64,000 nucleotides of DNA from an uncultured Verrucomicrobiae bacterium (GCA_963772365.1 CAVYXA010000003.1:64001-128000), one strand, 5' to 3'; counted from the stretch's first letter, positions 28,883 through 39,470 are shown. The notes: generated from the letters alone by a model not told the origin. Translations and numbers: made by a program.

Positions 28883-31800
28883 ATGTCGGAACGCGACGAT
28901 CACGACGGGGAAACACACAACGGCGAGCCGCCGCTTCCCGCGCCGAATCGACAACAGCCGGCGCGGCCGTTTACTGCGGGAGTTCCACCTAACGAGACTC
29001 CCGGTGGTAAATTGATTCAGGTCAAGGGCTCGGGGCTTTCCGGGCCATTCATTCGGCGGCCGGTAATGACAGTCCTGCTCACGATCTCGGTCATTGTGGC
29101 GGGAATTACCACTTACAACAAACTGGCGGTAAACGATCTGCCCGCAGTCGATTATCCCGTGATCGAGGTTCGTGTCTCGTATCCCGGGGCCAACCCCACG
29201 ACGATGGCCAATACCATTGCCACGCCGCTCGAAAAACAGTTCATGCAGATTCCCGGGCTCGACATTGTGACCAGCTCGAGCACTCAGGGAAATACGCAGC
29301 TGACGCTTCAATTCGATCTGAGCAAGAGCATTGTCGATGCTGCTACGGATGTGCAGGCGGCAATCCAGCGGGCGAGCGGAAAACTACCCGTCGATTTACC
29401 CAGCCCGCCCACGTTTACCAAAACTAATCCGAACGATCAATCGGTCTATTTGCTGGCCTTAATGTCGGATACGCTCACGGATGCCGATCTTTACAAATAC
29501 GCCTCGACTGCTGTGGCCCAACGAATTGCCATTCTGCCGGGCGTATCTCAGGTAAACATCTACGGTGTTCAAGGCGCGATTCGGATCAAGGCTGACCCGG
29601 CCAGGCTAGCCGTTCGCGGGCTCACCATGGACGATTTGGCCACGGCGATTAAAGCCGGAACTGTGTATTCCGGCGCCGGCCAATTCGATGGGGCGCATCG
29701 GACTTTCATACTTTTGCCTAACGGACAGATCGACCGGGCCGAAGGTTATCGCAATCTGATCATCGCCAGAAATAAAGAGGGCTTGCCAATTTATCTGCGC
29801 GATGTGGCCGATGTATATCAAGGTGTGCAGGACGAACGGCTTTCCCGGTTTTTCTGGATGCGCGGATTCAATCCACCCGGGTCGGTGGTTGTACTGGCGG
29901 TGTCGCGTCAGGCGGGAGCGAACGCTGTCGAAGTGGCGAACTCGGTCAAAGCGTTGTTTCCCGAGCTCAGGGCAAGTTTGCCCGGGTCAATTGCATTCGC
30001 GCCAGTTTTCGATCGCTCCCAGAGCATCGTGAACTCGGTTCATGAAGTGCGATTTACTTTGATCATCGCTTTCCTCCTGGTTTGCATGGTGATCTTCGTC
30101 TTTCTCGGCCGCGCCACTGACACCCTGATTCCTGTCGTAGCCTTGCCGCTCTCTCTGCTGATCACGTTCGCGGCGATGTACATGCTGAATTTCTCGATCA
30201 ACAATTTAACGCTAATGGCGTTGACGCTGGCGATCGGGTTTCTTGTCGATGATGCCATTGTGTTCCTCGAAAATGTGGTGCGCCGGGCCGAGCACGGCGA
30301 ATCGATTGTGCGGGCTGCTTATAACACAGCTGGCGAAATTTCGTTCACGATCCTTTCGATGACGCTGTCGCTGGCTGCGGTATTTATCCCGCTGGTGTTA
30401 CTGCCGGGATTGTTAGGCCGCATTTTCCGCGAGTTTTCTGTGACGATCATTGTCGCGATCCTGGCATCCGGCCTGGTTTCGTTGACGCTCACGCCGCTGA
30501 TGTGTGCCCGGATGCTTCGCGAACACACACCAGGTCACAAGCGGACACGGATGGAAAAATGGACGGGCGATTTCATTCAGCGCGTGATCGCTGGATATGG
30601 CCGTGCGTTGGATAAGTTTCTCGATCGCGCATGGCTGGCAGTCCCCATTCTGATTGGCTGTTTCATCGCCGTTTGGTTCTTCTTCACTCATTTGCCCTTC
30701 ACTCTCCTTCCACCAGGCGACAGCGGTTTCGTGCGCGGGATTTTTATCGCCCAGGAGGGTTCGTCCCCAGCGCAAATGCGCGCCTATCAAAAACAGGTCA
30801 ATGAAAAGATCAAGGAAGACCCGAATGTGGCGCAGTTTTTTACTCTCGCTGGTCTGTCCAGTCGCAGCTCGTCGTCGCAGGGATTAATGTTTTTGTTTTT
30901 GAAGCCGCGCAGCCAGCGACCGTCCATTGATCAGTGCGTTCTCCAATTGCAGAAGTCGATCGGTTCTTTGCCGGGGGTGAGCGCAGTCATGAATCCGAGC
31001 CCCGTGCTCCAGATCAATGTGGGCGCGACGAATCAGACGCAGGGCCAATACGCCTACACCCTCAACGGCATCGTTCCGGATGATGTTTACGCTGCGGCCG
31101 ACGCGCTCATGAACAAACTGAAGCAATTTCAAGGCTTTGCTTCGGTGCGATCCGATTACTATCACAGCACGCCGAATCTCACCATGGACATTGACCGCGA
31201 GCGCGCGGCCAGTTACGGGGTTTCGACTTCGGCTGTGCAGAGTCTTTTGCGGAACGCTTACTCGCAAAACTATGTCTATTTGATCAAAGAACCGGACGAT
31301 CAATATCAGGTCATCCTGGAAGTAAAGGATAGCGAGCGCGAGCATCCCTCCGACCTCAAGGATCTTTATGTGCGTAGTAACGCCAGTGGGGTGGGAAATC
31401 CAAGCGGAACGAGCGGAGGCACCATCGCAACGACCGGCAATGGTTCCAATCTCGTGCCACTTCAATCCGTGATTACTACAAAGCAGACCCTTGGGCCGTT
31501 GGCAGTGAATCATTTAAACCAGTTCACCAGCGTGACCATCAATTTCAATCTGCTCCCGGGTATAGCGATCGGTGGTGCGACAAAATTCATCGAGGACAGT
31601 TTCGCTCAGGTTCATCGTCAGTTCCCGACGGTCCAATCGACCTTTCAGGGCGAGGCTCTCGTCTTTCGGCAACTGTTTCGATCGTTACCGCTGCTGCTGA
31701 TTGGCGCCATTTTTGTCATGTATGTGATTCTCGGGATTCTTTATGAGAGTTACGTCCATCCGATCACGGTGCTTTTCCCGGCGATCGTGCCCGCAGTCGT

Positions 31801-32284
31801 GGGCGGCCTGTTCACGCTCTGGATTTTTGGATCGACATTGTCGCTCTACAGCGTAATCGGCTTGTTCCTTCTTCTCGGCATCGTCAAAAAGAACGGCATT
31901 CTCGTTGTCGATTTCGCGCTCAAACGAATCGACGAAGGCTTGGGGCTGCGTGAGGCGATTCACGAAGCAAGCCTGGAACGGTTTCGCCCGATCATGATGA
32001 CAACGTTCGCCGCGTTGATGGGCGCGATCCCGATTGCGCTTGGGTTTGGTCAGGATGCATCCTCGCGCCGCCCGTTAGGCTTGGTCATCGTGGGCGGCCT
32101 GATCTTCTCCCAGATGGTCACGCTTTTCGTTACTCCGGTAATTTATCTCTGGCTCGAATGGTTTCAGGAACACGTCCTGGACAAAGTGCCATTTTTGCGG
32201 AGCGCGCATACGCATCATGAAGGCGAAGCGGGCGCAAGGAATGACGGCGAAGTGCGCGAGCCAGTGCCTGCGGAAGCGGGCTAA
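28883..32284 (+). CDS. RND efflux permease (MdtB/MdtC-like, AcrB family)
   Basis: FIRRPV, GFLVDDAIVFLEN, GIVKKNGIL, RFRPIMMTT. Confidence 0.95.
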   Translation: MSERDDHDGETHNGEPPLPAPNRQQPARPFTAGVPPNETPGGKLIQVKGSGLSGPFIRRPVMTVLLTISVIVAGITTYNKLAVNDLPAVDYPVIEVRVSYPGANPTTMANTIATPLEKQFMQIPGLDIVTSSSTQGNTQLTLQFDLSKSIVDAATDVQAAIQRASGKLPVDLPSPPTFTKTNPNDQSVYLLALMSDTLTDADLYKYASTAVAQRIAILPGVSQVNIYGVQGAIRIKADPARLAVRGLTMDDLATAIKAGTVYSGAGQFDGAHRTFILLPNGQIDRAEGYRNLIIARNKEGLPIYLRDVADVYQGVQDERLSRFFWMRGFNPPGSVVVLAVSRQAGANAVEVANSVKALFPELRASLPGSIAFAPVFDRSQSIVNSVHEVRFTLIIAFLLVCMVIFVFLGRATDTLIPVVALPLSLLITFAAMYMLNFSINNLTLMALTLAIGFLVDDAIVFLENVVRRAEHGESIVRAAYNTAGEISFTILSMTLSLAAVFIPLVLLPGLLGRIFREFSVTIIVAILASGLVSLTLTPLMCARMLREHTPGHKRTRMEKWTGDFIQRVIAGYGRALDKFLDRAWLAVPILIGCFIAVWFFFTHLPFTLLPPGDSGFVRGIFIAQEGSSPAQMRAYQKQVNEKIKEDPNVAQFFTLAGLSSRSSSSQGLMFLFLKPRSQRPSIDQCVLQLQKSIGSLPGVSAVMNPSPVLQINVGATNQTQGQYAYTLNGIVPDDVYAAADALMNKLKQFQGFASVRSDYYHSTPNLTMDIDRERAASYGVSTSAVQSLLRNAYSQNYVYLIKEPDDQYQVILEVKDSEREHPSDLKDLYVRSNASGVGNPSGTSGGTIATTGNGSNLVPLQSVITTKQTLGPLAVNHLNQFTSVTINFNLLPGIAIGGATKFIEDSFAQVHRQFPTVQSTFQGEALVFRQLFRSLPLLLIGAIFVMYVILGILYESYVHPITVLFPAIVPAVVGGLFTLWIFGSTLSLYSVIGLFLLLGIVKKNGILVVDFALKRIDEGLGLREAIHEASLERFRPIMMTTFAALMGAIPIALGFGQDASSRRPLGLVIVGGLIFSQMVTLFVTPVIYLWLEWFQEHVLDKVPFLRSAHTHHEGEAGARNDGEVREPVPAEAG

Positions 32285-32337
32285 TGCGCCTTTCCGCATT
32301 GTCCTAAAAAGAATAATTCAGTAGGAGACCAAGCGCT

Positions 32338-32955
32338 TCAGGGCTTGCGGCGGCGATATGCCATCACAGCAGAACCGACTGCAGCCAGACCCAGTAATGC
32401 AAGAGTGCTGGGCTCGGGAACAATAGTGAACACGAACGAGGCGGCGGGAATGTTGTTAGGTTGGAACTCGGTGTCAGTCACCTCGGATATACGAGGGCTG
32501 TTCGAGGTCGAATACAACGTGTAAGTGCCGCCGGGAGCACCCGCGAGGATGTTTACCGGAATGTCCGTGATGTGATAATCGGTCCCCGGAGGCACTGGGA
32601 TCATTTGTGAAGTGGCGCCGAGATCGTTGCCTTCACTCATGTAACCAGCGCGCGCACCCACTCCCGAATTGAATGCAGCCGGCCAGGGATTGACGTTGTT
32701 TGGATCGGTAAACGTGAAGTAGGTCGGCATGTTCAACGTGAGGAACGGCGCAATCGCATTTGGCACTTCGAGCCAATAGGAGAGGCCGTAGGAGCTGTAG
32801 CCGCTGTACGCCAAGGTAGTTGAAAGAGTGATTGTTGTCCCCGGAGTCCAAACTGATGGCCCGCTAAAGTCTAAGGATTGAGTGTGAGTCTGCGCAAAAG
32901 CAGAACTCATCGCCATCATGGCGTCAATAACTGCGATTAATAGCGTCCTTTTCAT
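32338..32955 (-). CDS. PEP-CTERM sorting-domain surface protein, copy A
   Basis: Signal peptide; C-terminus VPEPSTLALLGLAAVGSAVMAYRRRKP. Confidence 0.92.
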   Translation of the reverse strand: MKRTLLIAVIDAMMAMSSAFAQTHTQSLDFSGPSVWTPGTTITLSTTLAYSGYSSYGLSYWLEVPNAIAPFLTLNMPTYFTFTDPNNVNPWPAAFNSGVGARAGYMSEGNDLGATSQMIPVPPGTDYHITDIPVNILAGAPGGTYTLYSTSNSPRISEVTDTEFQPNNIPAASFVFTIVPEPSTLALLGLAAVGSAVMAYRRRKP

Positions 32956-32978
32956 TCCGCTATCTCCTGATTTGGTTT

Positions 32979-33088
32979 ATAGGGAAATTTTCCGGCTGCT
33001 ACAAGGATTATCCATCATCCGAATCTGCCGCAAGCCCGGTGTTGCAATGCTTTCGGAAGCCAGCTTCTGGTCAGTTTGTGCAGATTCA
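32979..33088 (-). promoter_or_regulatory. Conserved upstream element of PEP-CTERM gene A
   Basis: Aligns in blocks with 40147-40252; GAATCTGC/GCAGATTC inverted ends. Confidence 0.5.
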
Positions 33089-33153
33089 CACCTGGCAAAG
33101 CTTGCCACGAGCCCGCGCTGCGGCGTCGCCTGCGTATCGATCTTCTGGCCTAC

Positions 33154-33219
33154 AAAAACAAAGCAGCTCCCACCCGTCTTCGGATGGAGCTGCCCGAAAA
33201 TACTAATCTTTTATCGAGG
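33154..33219 (-). terminator. Rho-independent terminator, homologous to 39399-39463
   Basis: GCAGCUCCAUCCG-AAGA-CGGGUGGGAGCUGC-UUUGUUUUU downstream of the gene ending at 33240. Confidence 0.75.
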
Positions 33220-33239
33220 AGTGGCTGACTGTATCACCA

Positions 33240-34661
33240 TCAATTATCCAACCGTACCCACGAACTACCGTTCCAGCCGTAGATATGACTATCACCTGTG
33301 TTGCGGAAAAACTGATAAGTGTTGCCATCCGCCGGGTATGTCGATCCGACGCCATAGCCGGGCGCTATGGCTACCACGGGATCGCCCTGCGAAATTGTGC
33401 CGCTTGTTTTAGAGAGATTATATCCGCAGCCCAAAACCGTCAGCGTGCCACCCGATTGCACCAGATCGCGCGCTCCGCTTTGGGTTATTATTCCAACACC
33501 GTTGATAGTGAATGCACCGCCACTAACCACTATGCCGTCACCGGACGTGCCACGGGCAAGTGAACTGCCGCGGAGATAATGTATGCCGCCTGAAACCACG
33601 ACTGCGGCAGGCGAACCTGTGAGTCCTGCATCATCTAGCTGCAAAATATTGCACCAAGAACTTCCGCCGCTGAGAGCGATCAGGTTGCTGTTGAGTCCAT
33701 CGTCAGAAATCTTCTGCGCCTCGACATACAGTGTTCCCGCATTGTGGTTAATTTGTCCGAAAACTTTTTCAGCTCGGACGTACGTGAGTCCTGGGGAACC
33801 ATTTGTTGCGGCAGCCATGTAAATTGCGATCGGCGCCTCTATTTGAAGCGCTTGAATCCATTCACGTGCTGACGCTTCACTATCTTTTATGAAAATCGCC
33901 TTGCCCGCAGTGTTCTTGATCAAGTTGGCCTGAACCCACAAATAGTATCCGGGGAGTTCGCCAGAAGGCGCGGTGGAGTAGATCGCAGCGTTACTGCTAC
34001 CGAGAATTTCATGTGCTTCGACGTGCATTGGCCCGCTGAACCACCAAACTACTGCTCCAGCGGCATATGTGGAGCTTATGATATTGGCCTTAATGTGCAG
34101 TGTGGCGGCGCGGCTGTAGATCGTCGTAGATGCGCTGGCGATAGTATCGGCAGTCATGTCGATGTTCGAACCAAAGCCTCCGCCCGTGTACTTTAAAAAA
34201 ATGACTCCTCCAGTCGTGCCGTCGAATTTCCCCTGTCCGCTAATAATACAGTTGACAGGTCCGTTAGTTCCACTCGCATAATCGTCGAAAATCGCAGCGT
34301 TCGACGAGGTTGGCCGCACGATGGTTGAGCCCGCTACGAAGTGCCAGTTCACGCCATTTTTCAACAGATTACTAACCTGTGCTGTTCCTGCACCGACGAT
34401 AATCGTGTCGCCGGATGTTGCATCATTTTTGGCTGCCGTTAGAACTGCCCCGCGATCAGTTTCGGTCGGAGTTGGGCCCGGTAGCGGATACGTACACCGG
34501 TCTCCATTCGGGTGCACAAGCGTCACATAAACGTTTTCGCAATCTGCCCACGCCACCGCGCTTAGCATCATGAACATGCAAATCACTGCCGCGAAGACTC
34601 CGGTTTTGTGCCGGACAATACGGTGCATTTCGCCGCAAGGAACATTCTTAGTAGTTTTCAT
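33240..34661 (-). CDS. Secreted Gly/Ser/Thr/Ala-rich hypothetical protein (possible beta-helix)
   Basis: Signal-like segment (AVICMFMMLSAVAWA), repetitive short beta-strand pattern; start uncertain. Confidence 0.65.
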   Translation of the reverse strand: MKTTKNVPCGEMHRIVRHKTGVFAAVICMFMMLSAVAWADCENVYVTLVHPNGDRCTYPLPGPTPTETDRGAVLTAAKNDATSGDTIIVGAGTAQVSNLLKNGVNWHFVAGSTIVRPTSSNAAIFDDYASGTNGPVNCIISGQGKFDGTTGGVIFLKYTGGGFGSNIDMTADTIASASTTIYSRAATLHIKANIISSTYAAGAVVWWFSGPMHVEAHEILGSSNAAIYSTAPSGELPGYYLWVQANLIKNTAGKAIFIKDSEASAREWIQALQIEAPIAIYMAAATNGSPGLTYVRAEKVFGQINHNAGTLYVEAQKISDDGLNSNLIALSGGSSWCNILQLDDAGLTGSPAAVVVSGGIHYLRGSSLARGTSGDGIVVSGGAFTINGVGIITQSGARDLVQSGGTLTVLGCGYNLSKTSGTISQGDPVVAIAPGYGVGSTYPADGNTYQFFRNTGDSHIYGWNGSSWVRLDN

Positions 34662-35009
34662 GCTCTCGTACGCAGCAGTGTCCGTACCGGAGATCGTTTC
34701 CTCGTGACCCGACAATAATCAAACGACTCGGCATCTTTCCCGGTTACGATGTTTGTGAAGCCATTATTGTAGTGGTTACAAATTCTTATTTACGATCTGA
34801 ACACCGAAGGATTTTTGCTTTCCCAAGCGCGTCAGAATACAAGAACGAGCGAGATTACTCGCGTTGAGCAAAGAAACTCCGAAGCTGCATCAAGCGCTCA
34901 TCTTCGGCTCGCAGTAGGAGAGGCTTGCGATCTGATGCGGGCGTGTGCATCGACTCCGCAGGATCACACTACCTGCCGGCGCGTATGCGGAGGTCTGCAC
35001 GTTTGATGA

Positions 35010-36893
35010 TCATCTCGCGGTAAACGGGTAAAACAGTCGGTAGGTTGGCGCTGATCCCGGATCAATAGCTCTCGCCCGCTGATACCACATCCGCGCTTCA
35101 GCTTGATCTCCCTTGCCTTGGTAGCGCGTTCCAATCTGCCAGGAAGCGAATGAATAGGCGAACAGAATTTCTCGTTCGAATGTGTTCGCTCTGATAGTGC
35201 CCGGAGCTGGCGGATGATAACGTCTCATTAATTGTTCGTTGTCGCTCGCCCACTCCTCCACGTCCATCCATTTTGTGTTCGATTCGAGTATTTGGACCAG
35301 GCCGTGTGGACGCGGCCAATAATCTTGCATTGCGCTCGCGTCCGGCGGGAGCCAAACATAAGCGATCTGGCGGCCCAGGTTGGCCTCGATTAACATCTTA
35401 AAATTGTTCCGATCCCAATCATAGGTTTCGAACGGGATGTTCAACTCGGGATGACGCGCTCGCAATTGGGCAACGTACCAGCGAAAGGGCAGAAGCGTTG
35501 TCGCGACCAGTGTAACGTCCGGTCGCATTTTCTCTGCGGTCGTCAGATAGAGCAACGGGAACAGGAGCGCATCACTCCCGGCGAAGAGGATGGTTCCCGG
35601 TTGGAGCGAACTCGGTACGCCTTTGCCGTAATTGCGAGCAATATGATTCCGGCTTTGATCGATCCGGCGATAGTTCGTCAGCAGGCTGATCACCAGCACG
35701 AGCCCAATCGCTCCAGCCACAACGGGCACACTTTTGCCACGCAACGTCCGTACAGAAGAAGCCACTATCTCGGCGATCATCACGACGGCGAACGCAATTA
35801 GCGGCGCCACCGCGACTTCCGGGAGCAGGAAAAAATGCTCCAGAACCCACGCTGCGGACGGAATGTTTAGATTCGTGTTGCTGATGATGGCGAAGAACAA
35901 ACCGGTGAAACTGAAGGCGAGCAGGCTAAACCAGAAATACCATCGGCAATGGCGGTAAGCGCGGATCAATCCGAGGAGCGTTAACAACCCCATCAGCGCC
36001 CCAAAGGAAAAAAAGAGCTTTGCGACTCGAAGCCATATGGAGCCGCCGCTGTAAGCCTGGGGGACGAGACGGAAGCTGCCATAAGTCTCGCGGCGGGTGA
36101 CGAGGGTGATGAAATCGCTGAAGGACGAGATGCCGCCCCAATTTTGAGCCGGGTGGCGCGCCGCTGCCCACGGCACGTATGCGTATGGCACCAGCCCAAC
36201 AAGGAATGCCGCCGCACAAATGATAACAATTCGGGGCCGCGCCAGCAAAATGGCACGGTGCCGCCACAAGAGAAAACAAACAGCCGGACCCAGCAGAACA
36301 ATCGTGTGTAGGTTCGTTAACGCCAATCCAGCGGTGAAAGCTGCGCCCACCAGGGCGCCGTAGCGTTGCGGGTGATCATTCCAGATTACGAGCAGGTAAA
36401 TCAAAAGAGCCGCCAATAAATTATTCAGGGGAAAAACTTCCGCGAATAACGACCATGACCAGAACAGCGGGTTGAGCGTGAGAATCAGCGCAGCGATGGC
36501 CGAGGCCAGACGGGAATGGCTTAACCGAAACGCAGTGAGAAAAACAATGCCGACCGTCAAGGCATCGCACACCGCCGACAACAGGTTCACGCGAAAGGGG
36601 ATTGGACCGAGAGGTAACCGACTGAAAAAATTCCCTAACATGGTGAAGAGCGGATAGCCGGGAGCGTGCGCCACACCCAGGGTCACCGCGGCAGTGATCA
36701 GCTCCGGACAATCGCCAACGACAATATCTCGAGGCGCAGTCAGGAAATACAGGAGACCCGCAAAGGCCGTCACACCAGTTGCAAGCAGGGACACTGATGG
36801 GAAAAGCCGAATCGGCGTAGGCAAAACGTTATTTGAGCCGATTGAGCGCGCAACGCGCTTCGGGACGACTTTCTTCTGCCGCAATGGATGCAC
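35010..36893 (-). CDS. DUF2723 / TMEM260-like GT-C membrane protein with C-terminal TPR-like helix
   Basis: GDCPELITAAVTLGVAHAPGYPLF, FRVNLLS, AEVFPLN; multiple TM helices. Confidence 0.8.
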   Translation of the reverse strand: MHPLRQKKVVPKRVARSIGSNNVLPTPIRLFPSVSLLATGVTAFAGLLYFLTAPRDIVVGDCPELITAAVTLGVAHAPGYPLFTMLGNFFSRLPLGPIPFRVNLLSAVCDALTVGIVFLTAFRLSHSRLASAIAALILTLNPLFWSWSLFAEVFPLNNLLAALLIYLLVIWNDHPQRYGALVGAAFTAGLALTNLHTIVLLGPAVCFLLWRHRAILLARPRIVIICAAAFLVGLVPYAYVPWAAARHPAQNWGGISSFSDFITLVTRRETYGSFRLVPQAYSGGSIWLRVAKLFFSFGALMGLLTLLGLIRAYRHCRWYFWFSLLAFSFTGLFFAIISNTNLNIPSAAWVLEHFFLLPEVAVAPLIAFAVVMIAEIVASSVRTLRGKSVPVVAGAIGLVLVISLLTNYRRIDQSRNHIARNYGKGVPSSLQPGTILFAGSDALLFPLLYLTTAEKMRPDVTLVATTLLPFRWYVAQLRARHPELNIPFETYDWDRNNFKMLIEANLGRQIAYVWLPPDASAMQDYWPRPHGLVQILESNTKWMDVEEWASDNEQLMRRYHPPAPGTIRANTFEREILFAYSFASWQIGTRYQGKGDQAEARMWYQRARAIDPGSAPTYRLFYPFTAR

Positions 36894-37065
36894 AAAACAA
36901 ATTAAAACAGAACAGAATGAAGAGAAACGCGGATTTTTTAGAGTATGCGTTGGATACCCAAAGCATACTTCGGATGTTTATACTCATTTTGTTTAGAACA
37001 AAGCAAGCAGAGTGGTGGCGCAACTAATCTCGCAAGAGGAGCAATGTCTTCGATTGCACTGCGGT

Positions 37066-39138
37066 TTAGAGGCCGCCATTCGCACTAATCAGATTGAAAT
37101 CGCGCAATGCAGATCGTGTTCGATAAAGATCGACATCTCTCTTGAGTTGATCTGCCAACGAATATTGGCCCATCATGTCGGCGAGTGCTCTGGCGCGCTC
37201 TGCGGTTTCAATCGCTTGTTCGTACCGGCCCGACTCGGCGTAAGCCGCCGCCAATGTTCGGCCCACAATTGGATTCTTGCCATTGGAATACTGATACGCT
37301 TTCCGCGCCAGTTCGATCGCTCGTGGGGCGTCACGCGATGAGGAATCAGGAGCAGTGGCTAAAATCCAGGCAAGTTTATTTAGCGCTGCCACGGAACGCT
37401 TGTTCGCCTGCAATGCCGCTTCGTAGTGCGAACGCGCTTCCCTGATCCGGTGTTCTTGGGCGAGCGCGTCGGCGAGGTTTACATGTGCTTCCGCATCATT
37501 CGGGTGAATTAAGACCGTTCTTTGCAATTGCTGAATCGCCTCATCCAACTGGCCTTCCTCCAATTGGGCGCTGCCGAGATTGAAATAGGCATCTGCGTAA
37601 TCCGGACGCAGTTCGATTGCCTGTTGGTAGTGTGCGATCGCGTCATCGAGCCGCCCCTTCCGTACGAGTGCGGCTCCCAGGTTGTTGTGAACCAAAGCGC
37701 TCGTGATCCGGTAACGAGCTTCTTTAGCGCCAGCACGTATTCTCAAAGCGCTTTGATACTGTGAAATCGCCTCGTCGATCCGCCCGCGTCCCATCAAAAA
37801 AAGGCCAAAATCGTGATGCGCGATGTCATTGTTCGATGTCACAGCCAGGGTATGCGTCCAGAGCGTCTCGCTGTTTTTCCAATACCGTGTTTGATTCCAT
37901 GCCTGCCACGCGAGAACAGCAATGATGCCGATCCCGAAGACAGCGGCCAGCCGTGAAGTCATGCCGCTGAAGTGCATCTCTGTTCGCGATCCATCCCGGT
38001 TGAAAACCGAAAATCGAGATTGAAGGCTCTTCAGAATGTCCGCGGCAGTCCATGTGATCAGCAGATAGATACCGATCTGCGGCAAATACGTGTATCGATC
38101 GGCATGGCTTTGCCACCCGATTTGGAACAGGCCAATCACGGGGATGAGCATTCCCAAATACCAAAACCAGCCGACAAAAACATACGGACGCGTTCGGCGT
38201 AGGGCGATTGCCAAAATGGTAACTGCGAGCAAAAATGCGATCGCCAAAACGCCTTCCCAAACTGGTACAGGATTGGTCGGGTATAAAACGGCAAGCCTGA
38301 AGGGCCATATCATTTGCCGGAGATAGATGACATAGCTCAGTGCTGCGTTGTTGATTCGCCACATCAGGGGAAATGGATCCCACTCACCGGCCGCGCCGCT
38401 ATGCGCAGCTACCGTTGCCATGCACGAGGCTGCGGAAAGTAGAAACAAGGGAATCTTTTCCAGGATGAGGCGGTTGAGCGCTGGCCGTTGGTCGCTCATT
38501 CTGCCAAGCGGCCAGTAGTCGAGTAAAAGCAAGACAAAGGGCACCGTGACGAGCATGCCTTTGGACATCAGCCCCAGGGCGAACAGGATCGACATCGTCA
38601 CATATCGCCCGATGGTCCGTCTGCGTAAGTACCAAACATATGCGCCAAGCGTGGGCATGAAAAACACAGCGCTGAGCACGTCCTTGCGTTCGGCAATCCA
38701 TGCGACGGATTCGACCCGCAACGGATGTATCGCGAATACCGCCGATACAAATGCGCTCTGCCAGAGCTTGCCGGTCATTGCGCGAAACAGAAAAAAGAGC
38801 AGGAGCACCGCAATTGAATGAAGCAAGACGTTCGTGAAATGATGTCCGCCTGCCTTCAATCCGTACAATTGGCAATCTACCATGTGCGACATGGTAGTGA
38901 GCGGATGCCAGTTTAGCGCATGACTGTGGGTGAACGCCCACACGATGCCGGACACCGTCACGCCGTGTGTAATTGCGGGATTTCCGTAAACGTAGGTTTT
39001 ATCGTCAAAATTAACGAAGTTATGTGCGAGCGTTTGCCCGAACACGGCCCAGGTGATTGCGACCAGGAAGACGCAGATCCACAGAATCGGCTTGCGATCA
39101 GCAGCAACTTTCCCCTGGGCCCTGTCTAAGGAAGCCAT
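37066..39138 (-). CDS. TMTC-like GT-C membrane protein with TPR repeats
   Basis: FVNFDD, NWHPLT, HPLRVESVAWIAERKD, ADRYTYLP, WKNSETLW, then TPR repeats. Confidence 0.85.
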   Translation of the reverse strand: MASLDRAQGKVAADRKPILWICVFLVAITWAVFGQTLAHNFVNFDDKTYVYGNPAITHGVTVSGIVWAFTHSHALNWHPLTTMSHMVDCQLYGLKAGGHHFTNVLLHSIAVLLLFFLFRAMTGKLWQSAFVSAVFAIHPLRVESVAWIAERKDVLSAVFFMPTLGAYVWYLRRRTIGRYVTMSILFALGLMSKGMLVTVPFVLLLLDYWPLGRMSDQRPALNRLILEKIPLFLLSAASCMATVAAHSGAAGEWDPFPLMWRINNAALSYVIYLRQMIWPFRLAVLYPTNPVPVWEGVLAIAFLLAVTILAIALRRTRPYVFVGWFWYLGMLIPVIGLFQIGWQSHADRYTYLPQIGIYLLITWTAADILKSLQSRFSVFNRDGSRTEMHFSGMTSRLAAVFGIGIIAVLAWQAWNQTRYWKNSETLWTHTLAVTSNNDIAHHDFGLFLMGRGRIDEAISQYQSALRIRAGAKEARYRITSALVHNNLGAALVRKGRLDDAIAHYQQAIELRPDYADAYFNLGSAQLEEGQLDEAIQQLQRTVLIHPNDAEAHVNLADALAQEHRIREARSHYEAALQANKRSVAALNKLAWILATAPDSSSRDAPRAIELARKAYQYSNGKNPIVGRTLAAAYAESGRYEQAIETAERARALADMMGQYSLADQLKRDVDLYRTRSALRDFNLISANGGL

Positions 39139-39227
39139 CGCGCGAATGAGAATTGATATTTTTAAACCATCTTAGATGGCGATCAATCGCCTCTGAGATA
39201 TTGACAAGCCATCTCGTAAAACAACTT

Positions 39228-39327
39228 TGTCATTCTGAGCCGAGCGAAGAATCTCCAATTGTTTCCGCTTCATCTGCCACAGCCCAGACAAAATAGTCAG
39301 AGATGTTTCGCTCCGCTCAACATGACA
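39228..39327. repeat. REP-like element, copy 2
   Basis: TGTCATTCTGAGCCGAGCGAAGAATCTC...GAGATGTTTCGCTCCGCTCAACATGACA. Confidence 0.75.
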
Positions 39328-39398
39328 GCCTATTAACATTTATGAGATTCGTTCCAGTGTTCGGTCGGACGAACCAATCAGCAGGTTGTATCTGCGAT

Positions 39399-39463
39399 AA
39401 AAACAAAGCAGCTCCATCCGTTTCCGGATGGAGCTGCCCGAAAAGAACAGTTCTTTACCGAGG
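39399..39463 (-). terminator. Rho-independent terminator after PEP-CTERM gene B
   Basis: Perfect 13-bp stem GCAGCUCCAUCCG-GAAA-CGGAUGGAGCUGC followed by UUUGUUUUU. Confidence 0.85.
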
Positions 39464-39470
39464 AAGCGCC

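Noticed and set aside
33093..33107. Sigma-54 promoter for the PEP-CTERM genes (TGGCAA..TTGCCA)
   Set aside because: GG-to-GC spacing is 8, not 10, and the site is absent upstream of copy B; at most an operator-like palindrome.
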